Positions 38,718-50,300 of a stretch of 64,000 nt of DNA are shown piece by piece (the stretch's first letter is position 1; each line of letters starts with the position of its first letter). Source of the DNA: Trichosphaerium sp. ATCC 40318 (taxonomy: Eukaryota > Protista > Tubulinea); NCBI GenBank assembly GCA_038496445.1, contig JALMLS010000342.1:1-64000 (forward strand). Direction: 5' to 3'. Below the pieces are notes generated by a model that saw only the letters and a list, made by a program, of their open reading frames with translations, made no database searches and had not been told where the DNA came from. The position numbers were made by a program, and so were the translations under genes.

Positions 38718-41380
38718 ATGGACGTTACTCTAGAAGGTTCAGGGCTTAATACTGCTATAGTAGGGGAAGTTGCTTTGTGTACCATTTCCCCTGCAAAAGT
38801 GAACGACAAAGCGAAATGGGACGTTAAGATCTCGGGGCCAGACCACACACTTGATTTTAATCCTAATGGGGATGGTACGACAATGTCAATGACAAAACGA
38901 GCAATTGAACAACACCACAAGCTCGCTTTATAGCTATTGCACACTTTAGAGCGTCCTAGCACAAGCGTTCAAAGTAACTCCTCTGTAGGTACTTGGGATA
39001 TTGAATGGACGCCAGAAAAGCGAGGTACACCATACAGCAACGTGTAAAACCAACTTTTGCAAGGGGAATACAAAATCTCGATTACTATTGATGGCAAACA
39101 CGTCAAGGGCAGTCCATACAAAGTATCTGCAGGTACAGCATTATTCTAACGTTTATTTTCTGTACAAACCAGTAAACTCGCAATAAAAATTATAAGTGTC
39201 GCTAATCGCACCTAATAGGAAGTGGTAATTTGCAGGCTAAAGCCGGTACGTTTTGAGAACCACAACCGCTTTTTTAATTTATTTATTTTCTCTTTCAGGT
39301 ATTGCTCTTTCATCAGCTACAATGGAAACCATCTATGGCCCAGGTCTATGGGGAACGCCTCTGGATCTCAACGCCACTAATACACTGACGATTCATCCAA
39401 AAGACGAAGATGGCACCAGCATCAGAACACAGAAAGTCAATATTCACCTTACATTGGTAATACCTCATTACCAACAACGTGGAATTAACTCTTCTTCATC
39501 AGACGCACAGCGATGGAAGTGCCATGCAACATGACATTTTTGAAAATGGTGATGGATCATATGACGTTGATTGGACTCCAACAAAGAGAGGAAAATACAC
39601 CGGAGTGATCACGTTTAACAAATCTCATCTCTTTCCACAGATAACTCTAAAATCATCAGGCATGTTACTTTATGTTGTCGAAATAACAGGCGAAGTTAAT
39701 TTTGACGAACTGAAACGGATAATACTAAATTGACTATCAGTTTAATCATCAATTAATGCGTTTGTAAAGGCCCAGTCTTCGTTGAAGGACCTGCAATTGA
39801 AGAAACTATTGAAGCCGGTGAAGAAACAGATTTTACAATATATTGTGATGAAGACACACGTGAGAACGATATTTCTGTTGTTATAACTGGGTATGCCTAT
39901 CACATGTTCGCTGCAATACCTTAACTTTATGCATAGACCCGAAACTCTCAAACCAGAAGTGCTCAACAACGATGACGGTTCATTTGATGTTGATTTTAAA
40001 GTTGACACTGACGGAGAGTATTTGCTTAAAATTTCGGTTTATGATGAACAAATTGATGGTAGCCCATTCCGTCTTACTACACGTATGTCATATTTTTTAT
40101 CTCTTCTTCAAAAAATAAAGTCTAACCTTCAATTAGAAGGAGAGCTTGACAGACTCGAAAGCCTTGGACAAGCAGAAAAAACTGCAAGGTAATTGTGTTA
40201 TTAACTCTACTGGTATTAACGTTGCTTTGTAGAGAAGACGAACGCAAGAAGCGTTTGCGAAAACTCAAGGAGGCAAAGGAGAGACCACAACAAGCACAAA
40301 AACACATCGAGTATGTTTACATTTTAATACTTATTGTCAAGTAATTTTCTGTTTACCTTCTTACATACAACTCCAGCGAACAAAAGGAGAGACGAGAAAA
40401 GCGTGGAGAAAAGAAACCTGTCGAGAAAAAACCAGTTCCTGCCCCAAAGGTTGAAGAACCTTCTAGTGAAGAGAGCTCTGGCGAAGGCGAGGATGTAAAT
40501 GAAGCATTGGAGGATGCTGTATCGCCTAGAACAAAACGAAGAAATCTGGCCATCAAGAACCTAGATGGTCAAGTATCTGAAGTAGAAGGTCCAGGTATAG
40601 ATGGTGAAGAAACTAACGATGTTGGCGAAGAGATACGTATAAAATTTACACCAAAGGACAAAACAGGAAATCTTGTAGACTTGGATGAAGGTACAACCAA
40701 GTGCTTTCCTTCCCTTTTTGTAGACTTGCTGACAATTTTTGTAGAAATAGTCGAAGTGATCGTAGAAGGTCCAGAGGGTGACATTAAGACAACTATTGAG
40801 AAGAAGGAAGATGGTACTTTTGAGATTGCTTGGAGTCCAGAAGAAAAGGGTGAATACACCATTAAAGTAAAAGCAGGCGATAAAGTTGCTGTAGATACCA
40901 AAGTAGTTGTTGGTATTAAGGGTACTCTAGAGCTTTTTTTTTCACCTCTGTGCACCGTTTATTAATGTATCTGGCAGCTGAAACTCAAGAACCAGATAAC
41001 AACAGAGAAAAAGAAAGTTTGCCTGTAGTATCAACAAGTAAGTTTGATGTTTGGGTTTGTATTTTTTTTGCTGTGTAGCGTTTCCCTCACTACGCGCTTT
41101 CTTTTATGGCTTCGTGAAGCTAATGGCTTTTTTTTTTGTAGAGGCCTCAACTTCAAAAAGCCGAAAAGCTGCACCTTCAGAGAAGAAAAAACAAAAGGAA
41201 GAGGTTGTTGAACCTATTGAAGAATCTGAAAGTGATAAAGGTGTTGATGAACAGGAAGGCGAAGTCGTTGTACCTATTACAACTGAAAAACCTAAAAAGA
41301 AGAAGAATATACTAAAGAAATTATTTTTCTGGAAAAAAAAGAAAAAAGGAGGAAAAAAATCTAAAAAGTCAAAGAAGTAG
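38718..41380 (+). CDS. Filamin-repeat protein without CH domain; acidic linker and polybasic C-terminus
   Basis: LEGSGL, NGDGT|WDIEWTP..G..HVKGSPY, NNDDGSFDVDF and KEDGTFEIAWSP; tail KKNILKKLFFWKKKKKGGKKSKKSKK. Confidence 0.82.
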
Positions 41381-41523
41381 TTTTGACAATACCCCACTCT
41401 ACACATCTTATAATATGTGCTAAGAATTACAAACCTAACAGAATTGTTTTGGTGTTATATTTATTAAAAAATACCACATACACATTGTGGGTCAATCCAG
41501 TCTTTAAAATTTTTTTCGAATGT

Positions 41524-43136
41524 TCATAGTTTGCTTGATGGTATCTGAGAAATAATACCCTCCTTCAGAAGTTGATCTATTCTTTGCTTTGAGAACTTTA
41601 ACTTCTCTAATACTTGTCTTGTATGTTGACCACATAGAGGCATGTTATCACCTGTACATCCAGGGGTACGAGATAACCTAGGTTGCGGTACAGGCACTCT
41701 AATAAAAAGACTGTAAGTTTTGTAACGTAAGAAAAAACTACGAACCCATTCTTCATCATGTTGGCTTCTTTCGTATGTGAGTGCGTAGCAAGTTCGTCTA
41801 ATGTTAGGGCTATGACACCATTAGATTAAATGAGGGAATACATGGTTTACCTGGTGCTACACAAGCGTCAATATGCTCAAAGATAGAGTCCCATTCCATC
41901 ATTGTCTTGGTAGAAAAAGCTTCTTGAAAAAGTTTTCGCATTTTTGCCACTGGTCTCTATCAAATTGTTGTGGGGGTTCTGGCATGCCTGCGTGTTCTTT
42001 CATTGCCTTAATAGATATTTAGTGACACCATTCTCATACGTTTAGCATACCGTAACAAAGTTGTTAAAAAAACGTGGTTCTAAAGCACCTAAAGAGATCC
42101 ATCTACCATCCTTGGTCTAACGTTCAACTTAGATTTAACCCACTAAAATAACTCTAGTAGTACCTTGTAACAATCATAAAAAGGGGCACCAGTATCAAGA
42201 AGATTGGTACCACTAACACAGAATATTTAGTTCAGTCGAAACATTGGTAAAACAGTACGGTGGTCCATTCCACAGGGGAGTCTTAATTGCTTTGCTTAGA
42301 TAGGTGCCTTGCCAAAGGTTAGTATAGTAGTGGAATTACTTGCACACATACCCAAATACAAAAGACCCTCAGCCATAGACGTATTGACAACTTGACCCTT
42401 TCCTGAGGACGCCCTTATTCGAGTTAATTAACTAAATATATCACGTGATACTAACCTTTCAAATAAAGCTAACACGATACCAAGGGCACACATAAGACCT
42501 CCACCAGCGAAATCACACAATATATTACCAGGCGTAGTAGGCACTCCATTAGCGCGCATCATTGTCTACATTGAAAAATTTTGGATTATTGGTTAGTTGG
42601 AAAAGTTTTTCTTTAGTACTGATAGCAGTCCGCTCATTGCAACAAAGTTTATATCGTGTCCTGCTCTTTTTGCATACGAACCTCATTATTATTTTAGTGA
42701 CATTTGGTGCAAAAACATTTACCTTTGTTACCAAAACCATTCAATCTAGCGTAAATTAGGCGTGGGTTTACTTTAAGTGCCTCTCGCGGGCCACAACCAA
42801 GTCTTTCCATGACACCTGGTCTAAACGGTTCTAGAAGGACATCTGCCTTCGAAATGGTTAAACAGAGCGATAAGTAAGCTGTCTACTTTAGAAATGAGGT
42901 CCATAATAGTTGCCACCCCTTTAGGTTGCTTCATATTGACAACAATTGATTGTTTCCCTTCTGATAGCGTATCTAATGTGGGTGCCAAGCTTCTATCAAC
43001 GCGAATTACCGTTGCGCCAAAATCTGCCAATATTTTACCACAAAAAGGCGCTACAGCATTGAGTACATACACAATAACCATGAATACCTGGCGCAAGCCC
43101 AGCCAACTCCAGTACAACGACACCGGATAAAGCCAT
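41524..43136 (-). CDS. AMACR: Alpha-methylacyl-CoA racemase (CoA-transferase III), peroxisomal
   Basis: VLELAGLAP|..[48 protein letters not shown] and GSLEPRFF; C-terminal -SKL* PTS1. Confidence 0.95.
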
Positions 43137-43280
43137 CACCAAATAAAAAGTCCAAAATAAACCAAAAACCAAGACTTAACCCCAGATAAATAGTCATACG
43201 CAACTCTAGTTTATTTCAATTGTCATTACATTATTACAAGTATGTAGCAAGCTTTTCTCTAAATAACTCTTTTTTTTTGC

Positions 43281-45298
43281 TTACTCGTCGGTGGTTACTT
43301 TCTTTTGATAAAGGTAACCGAAATCTTTTGCGCCAAGCGCGATCAAGTCTTGTTTTGGATGCCAGTCCACGTGTAGAACCTGAACAAGAGTCAAAAAATT
43401 GTTTTCAAAATTGTATGAGTATTTACCTTTTGAGTGGAGTCTAGTCTATCTCTGAACAAGTCGTTTGCTGGTTGGCCCGGTTTGGTAGCACTAAGGGCAC
43501 GTACACCCGCTAAAACCATTAGATGAAGAATTCTTCTTTTCTAGGGCGTACCTTGCTCTCCAAATACATCACAAATATAAAAATTGTTGTTGTAAGAACC
43601 AGTTAGAACGCGAGACGAATTTGGATTCCAGCAGCATTCGAATTTATCAAAAATACTATCATTCTCATAGAGGTCACATAATTTAGATATCAAGTGATCG
43701 TGAAATTTGATTGTCTTTACAGGTGCAGTTTCCATTCTGGAAGAAACAGAATAAGCAAAAAAAAAAAGCACAAAAATCTTCAGGGCGTACCTCAAATCCC
43801 AAACTTTTTGTGTTAGATAATCTCGCGATAGAATAAACCTGCCACAGCGACTGAATTTTACGTCGCTAATAGTAGTGACAAGTTCTTGAAAGAAACCGCC
43901 AATATCACTCTCTGGCTCTTCAAATACTACCGTTTGGTGAATACTTGTCATAACAACAATAACTCGCTACAAGTACCTTTAGAAAAGTTGTCGCACAAAG
44001 CGTGGTCACGCATATCGCCAAGACGAATTGCTCCTTTACTCGTAGCGTAAACCAAAACATTACACCTCAAAGGGTGGAACGCTGCAGAAGTGATAACTTC
44101 AGTCAAATCATCCATATTCTCGGGTTTAATATCCACAATACCTTAAGATAGCGTGAATAAAACAAATCAACATGAAATAAAAAAAAAAAGCCGAGCGTAC
44201 TGAAAGCTTCGTTTGCAATATTTACGTTCCATAAATTAATACGTAAATCGTCGGCCGAGATCCATGTCTCACCGTCAGAGTTGAAGGCAATTGAATTAAT
44301 GTTGTAAGTGTGCGCTCCTACACCGAGTGTCAAAAAGACAAAATACAAAAAAAAATTAAAATTAATGCGCTGTACCTTCAAAAGTTTGCTTATTAGTGAC
44401 TTGAACGTCTGGGTACGATTCTTCGCCCTCTCCTCCAGCACTACGACCTCGTTCTACCATCTTGAATAGTTTTATGGTCTTATCTGCGTCGAGTAAGATT
44501 TACACAGCCAAAATAAATAAAAATACAACGACAACGAACCATTGCAGGTCATCATGTAGTTGGCATGTCCAGAAAATGGATACCAGCGGATCATATTAAT
44601 TTTTTCTTCTATTTCCATTGACGTGAGGAAGTCAAATTCTGCATCGTGGCTCTTGAATTCCGTGTAGAGTTGGTAGGTGCTATCTTCTTCTTGCTTTAAA
44701 ACAACGACTTGGCCACAGTTGTAACCAACAGCAAGGTAATCACCGGTAGTGTCAAAGCATAGGGATGAGATCCAGTTGTCAGATGGACCTAATTTACCGT
44801 GTTAGCGAGGTGCGTGCTATTTTCGACTAAGATGAGTTCCTACATTTAGAAATAGGCTAAATGGCGCCGTAAAGGGTTGTAACAATACGAAATTAATTTA
44901 TATGCGTTGGTGGAGGCAGCGAAAAGGCAAAAAACGCCAAAGAAAAGGATTTCAGCGCAACTGTTGCAATTACCTTCTGGGTCGTCCTCTTCATCAGATT
45001 CTTCCTCTCCGAACATTTGGCTGAACTCCCACTGCGAGCCTTTGTCCGTGACCTGGTACTCGAAGAAATCTCGCCAACATAGGATGTATTCAGCTTCTTT
45101 GTCGCTTATAGGGGACAAATTGTGTTTTTTTGCTAATTCCGACTCGCTATAGAGCTTTCGCCAGATATCATTGTGTTTTCCGGCGTCGTTTAATCTTTGG
45201 CAAGTTTGAAGCAAATCGCAGACTTCATTGAGCGCTAGGAACCCAAATATGCGTGTTAGAACCCCTTTGGACAGCGAAGTAAGGTTTTTCTGTGACAT
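43281..45298 (-). CDS. F-box - PP2A B55 (PPP2R2-like) WD40 fusion
   Basis: F-box [42 protein letters not shown] in the same exon as the B55 start WEFSQMFG; then [77 protein letters not shown] and TGSYNN. Confidence 0.9.
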
Positions 45299-46100
45299 TG
45301 CCGTTTATATGATAATTCGAGTGTGCTTAGTGTACCATCACCAGTTAACCCGTGCCACAGTCAGTTTAAGAAAGATTCAATAAGTCACTGTCTCGACTAA
45401 AACAATAATTCTGCATCAGCTAAAAATGGTAGCGCGTAATTTAGCATAGTAGTCCGCTTAAAAAAGGTGTACACAGCTGTATGGGTTACTTTGTAGATTT
45501 CGTCCTCCTGTTTACTTAATGTTGCTGTACATTTCCCAGATAGCGTGTATGGCACAGCAGAACGCTTGGGACAAACAAAATGTGAGCGCTACATTCATTG
45601 AACTTGTGTAAGGTTGCAACCTGCTGATAGTATCACACCCAAACTGTGGGTACGACATCCGTTACAGGTGTATTCGGTGCAATAACACGGATAGATGTAA
45701 TTTGGGTCTCGTTATCAAAGCAAATCACTCCAAAAAGAAGTCACGTGTCTGTCGTTAGTATCGAACGTTTTAGATACTGCACTGCCTAGTTGTGTTGAGT
45801 TTGTTCGATTTCTTTGAAGCCACAGTGTAGGGCTTTTGGCTCGTGCTTATAACCCTGTAAAAGTCCTCGTCTAGCCGATTGCAGAGAATAGAAAGTTGCA
45901 CAGCAAAAAAGAGCTGCTTTTGAAGCATGGCGACACGTGATCAAGCCACAATACGTACCCACCTACTGTCCCAAGACACGTTGACAATACCAGGCATTTT
46001 TGTAAAGAACATCTTGATCTTATGGCTGTTTTTCAAATTTTTTGTAATTTCTTGTGGTAGAAAATATCTCTTAAGATGGCACTTTGTTTTTGAATCAGTA

Positions 46101-47111
46101 ATGGACAACGTGAGGATCGAGAGCTCTTTTTAGTTTTCTTTTAACAATTGTAGGTAAGCTCTCTAACTTTTCACGACCTCAACGACGAAAATTTATTGCT
46201 TGTATTCAGTTCAGTGCCAATTCGTACCCTTGGAGTAGTTTGTAGGGTATCTTTGCGGTTTAGCAATTTATCTGCGGATTATTCATTGTGGAAGACACAT
46301 TTACACGCCATACTACAGCTGTTGAGTGGCCATACAGAGTATAAGCCACTATACTTGCGTTTTCTCTCTATAAGGCAAGTTGTGTTAACGGTGACGCGTG
46401 TCAACTGTTTGTAGCGATAATAACGAGCACGTGGCGACAAAAAAGGAGTGTTTAAGGTATTTGCATGCGTTAACCAATATCACCATTGAGACTATCAACT
46501 TCAAACAATGGCGCAGTTTCGAGATTTTGGCAGAAAAGGTATGACATTTTTTTTAATTTCCACTTTGGTGTAAGTCCAAGGAATGAGTTGCTAAAAGTAT
46601 CTTGCAAAAAAAAGGGGGTATTCAGATACGTTTTACCTGATAAACATATGAAAATGTCTTGGGAAGGTGGTGATATTGGAGCACGAAGTGGTTTTGTAAA
46701 ATTAAACTCTAAGGCGAGCTCTATACGTCTCCTACAGCTGGGTAGGTGTCACTTTGATTTACAACACTGACATTCTTGTATTTAGCCGTTCTTAGAGGGC
46801 AACCTGTCCCTGTGAAAATATTAATAAGTCAAGGAGCAGACACTAAACACTCTTTTTGCTGGATGTTAGTGCAATACTATTTCATTTTTCTTTAATATAG
46901 CAAAAATGTTGCTAACAACTTTTTTGTAGATTCGGAGGTGTTCATCATTATGGGAACATTCGTGAGTTTGCAACGTAAGTTCTTAAATAATTGAAATATC
47001 TGACATTTCTGTTTTCCCTGATTATGCAAATTGTTTAGGTTCTTGTCTGCTCGTACACATGTTGGTGTAAGTGAAATACTCAAAATTTTAGAAGTGTCAA
47101 AAGGCTCCTAA
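46101..47111 (+). CDS. F-box protein with uncharacterised C-terminal domain
   Basis: MDN|VSSLTFHDLNDENLLLVFSSVPIRTLGVVCRVSLRFSNLSADYSLWK is an F-box; downstream exons join via GT-AG introns. Confidence 0.7.
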
Positions 47112-47346
47112 TACAATCCCCATAATCACAGAAAATGCATATTAAGAGCCGACATTTTATCAAACTTCGTTGGCAAAATAAAACTCCAAAGTCAGCCAGG
47201 CCTTACAGTTTCTGAATGTTTGAAAAAAAAAAGTAATAGACAACGCCTGTAAGTGACTTTCAGAGCAGATTTTGGGCCATTGTATGTTCACAACCAACTA
47301 AAAAAAAGACACTTTTTTTTGGAATAGTGTACAATTGTAGTTTTGT

Positions 47347-50300
47347 TTATTTTTTGTTTGTTGCAGTAGATGCTGGCGCTTCTTCTTGTTCTTTCTTGTC
47401 AGCTTGTTCGTCCTCCTTTTTAAATTTGTTGGAAGTTTGAAGAATTTCATCAAATAAATCACGGTCGTTATCTTCAAAAAGCGATTTTATACCCTTCTTC
47501 TTTCCCACTGCTTCTCCTGATTCAGTGACAAGTTCACTTTCACCACGTCCAAATACTTGCATTTCGTCAAGTATTTGACTAATATCATCATCTTGGTCGA
47601 ATACAGAAGGACTCTTTCCTTTACCAGCCAGAGGATTTTCTCTATCAAAGTCTCCTCCTTGTGTAGCGTGTTTTCCCGCTGCTGCCCAGTCTTTTTGATC
47701 CTAATAAAGAAGATTGTGTGAGTTCTCGTGGAATACAATAAAACAACAAAAAAAGAGAAAGGGGCAACACAAAAACAAGTTGCTGATGGAATACGCAAAA
47801 GTTTTTTTTTTTTTTTTGGTCTTACTTCTTCTTTGTCATTTCTTGAATTATCCCACACATTTTCTGATGCGTATTCTGGTTGTTCTCTAAAAGGTTTTTC
47901 TCCACGTATCAAGTCGTTAATTATAGAAGATTGTTGCCACACTTCCATAGGTATCTCGAATGGTACACCGTAAACTGCTTCATATCCTTCAGCAAATTTC
48001 TTACATTCCATCATTAGCTGTGCTGTAGTCCTTCGTGGTCTTCTAGGCATCTACAACAAAAAAAAAAGGTGTCAGCGCTTTATCTTTGAGAATCTTTACA
48101 TACATTTCCCCATAGAGGCTCAGGTTCTGAAAAGATTGCTTGTTCAAGCCATATACTAAACAACGTTAGACAAGTGTATTAAAACAAACACAAAAAAAAA
48201 ATTAACAGTGCCACTTACACTGGTCCCATAGTCGCAGTTCTTGTGAACCTCCAGTGTACTTCCATTTGGAAAGCATTAGTATGAAGTTCACTAGTGAAGC
48301 CAGCTTCCATGTCTGTATGTAAGGTAGCAACATAACGATCATCCAAAATGTGGTCTTGGCGGGCTTCCCAGTACTCATCCAGAGAAGTTTTCCTGTCACT
48401 GCGACGTGTAGCTTAAAAAAAAAAAGAATTAAATGAGAGCCTATTCCACGAGGTTCAAAGTGTATTTCATTTGTATACGTACTATCTAAGAGGTTTCCAA
48501 AGATACTGTAGTCTGCTAGATTAGGCCTGAATGATTCTGGATAATAAGGCTCCATTGGTGTATCTTTGACCCTTCTATCATGATTATAAGGTGATGTCGA
48601 CCACCAAGCTTTATCATAGAATTCAAGTCTTTTTGTTTGGTCTGGGTGGAATCTTACAGGATCAATTTCAGGCATATTCAAGGTAGGATCATGAAAGTTA
48701 TATCTGTCCTTTTCACGCTCTATAACGTAGAAAATGAGTACTATAACGGCTATATACAACAAAGATAGTACGTTGTCTCCATACAAACCGGATCCTACCA
48801 ACTGATTGCACTCTCATGATCAATTCACCATCTAAAAGAAAAAAATTGAGAAAAAAAAATAGCATAGAAAAATGCTTCGAGTCGCATTGTAACTTTTGAA
48901 AAAAAGAAAACCCACTTACCTGATGTAAAGTAATGTCCACAGACTTTGAATCTACGCAGTTTTTCAAGTTTTGTTACACGGAGAGTATTGTTAAGGTATC
49001 TCACAATACCAGCCTTAGCTATCATATACATAGACTAATACTGACATTAGTTGTGGGGTATGATGAAAATGTGTAACATACCGATGGAGGAAGATGCAAT
49101 GAAAGCTGTTCAATATGATATGGCGTATCATTAAATGCTAGCTTGGCAAGAGCGCCATAATGCCTCGTTATTTTTTTCTTAAAGTTAGGAGCGTCAAAGT
49201 TATCATAACTAGAATAAATCGGTGAGAAAGAAGAAAACTTATGGTGTCAAAAAAAAAACTACATTGAAAAAAAAAAAATTATGTCTGAAATGAACGTACT
49301 TATCCATAAGCCTTGCTACTTTTTTCTTATCTTTGCGTTTAAAGCCCAATTTTTCTGCTTCTTCGCTTGCTACTTTCATAACTGGCATCATACCAATCTG
49401 TTTATCCTTAACAGACTCCATAGTTATTTTAGCAACTGCTTTCTCGTCGATTCCCTCGCTAGCCATTACACCATCCATAGAATCCTCAGCGGTACCTACT
49501 ACTGACATGACATCACGAACAGCACCTGCTTTTTGTGATTTTTTCCATTCTTCAGGCATTTCAATACTGCCATCGCCTAGTGCCAAGGCTTTGTTGGGAT
49601 CATGATCGCCAACAATCGTTAAAGCGCCAGTTGGATCTGGATTAGCAGCTCCTCCAATAGCAAGAGGTTCTTGCTTTGGGCCACTAAGCGCTAGGGTTTC
49701 TTCAGAGGAGTCAGGGGCAGCTGAGCTGCTGGATTCTGATGGCCTGCTAGCAGCCCAACTGCTCTCTTCAGCTTCCTTTATTGCTCTATCTACTTCATCT
49801 TCCTGTGCGGAGAACGAGGATGAAACATCAACATCCTTCAATTCCTCAGCAGTGTATTGTTGAAGAGCTTTTAACATGATTGAAGGGAACTCACTCATTT
49901 CTAAGGTGTTTTTAGTTTCAACTTGTAGCTAAAGAAATTTTTTTTTTGTTGACATTTTAAGGCTTACTAGCGTCTGTTGTTGGTATTATATCTTGTGTTT
50001 TATGTACTATTGACTCAATAATAATTTCAAGTGAAGCTTTGATATCTTCTTCTGGTAGACTATTCACAACTAGAGTGCAATAATTTGTTAGTACAGTTGA
50101 AGCAAACAAAACTATTTCACGTACATGTTCGAATAGCTGTAGGGTATTCTATAACATCAATAATAGGTGAAGCACCGAGTTTTTTACGCTCTTCAAGTGC
50201 ACGTCTTAATACAGAAAGTGTTTCAGGTGAATACACAACAAGTGGCTCAATTATTTCCAAATCAATCTTAATTTCACGACGTTCAGAGAAGAGAGGTCCA

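Noticed and set aside
45927-46073. Upstream ATG as start of the F-box gene
   Set aside because: Both spliced and unspliced readings hit stops before the F-box; at most a uORF
48202-48440. Hydrophobic TM-like frame (TFWMIVMLLPY) in the listed ORF and a possible GC donor near 48440
   Set aside because: Downstream splice phase requires the alternative KTSLDEYWEARQ frame, which is reachable with GT donors
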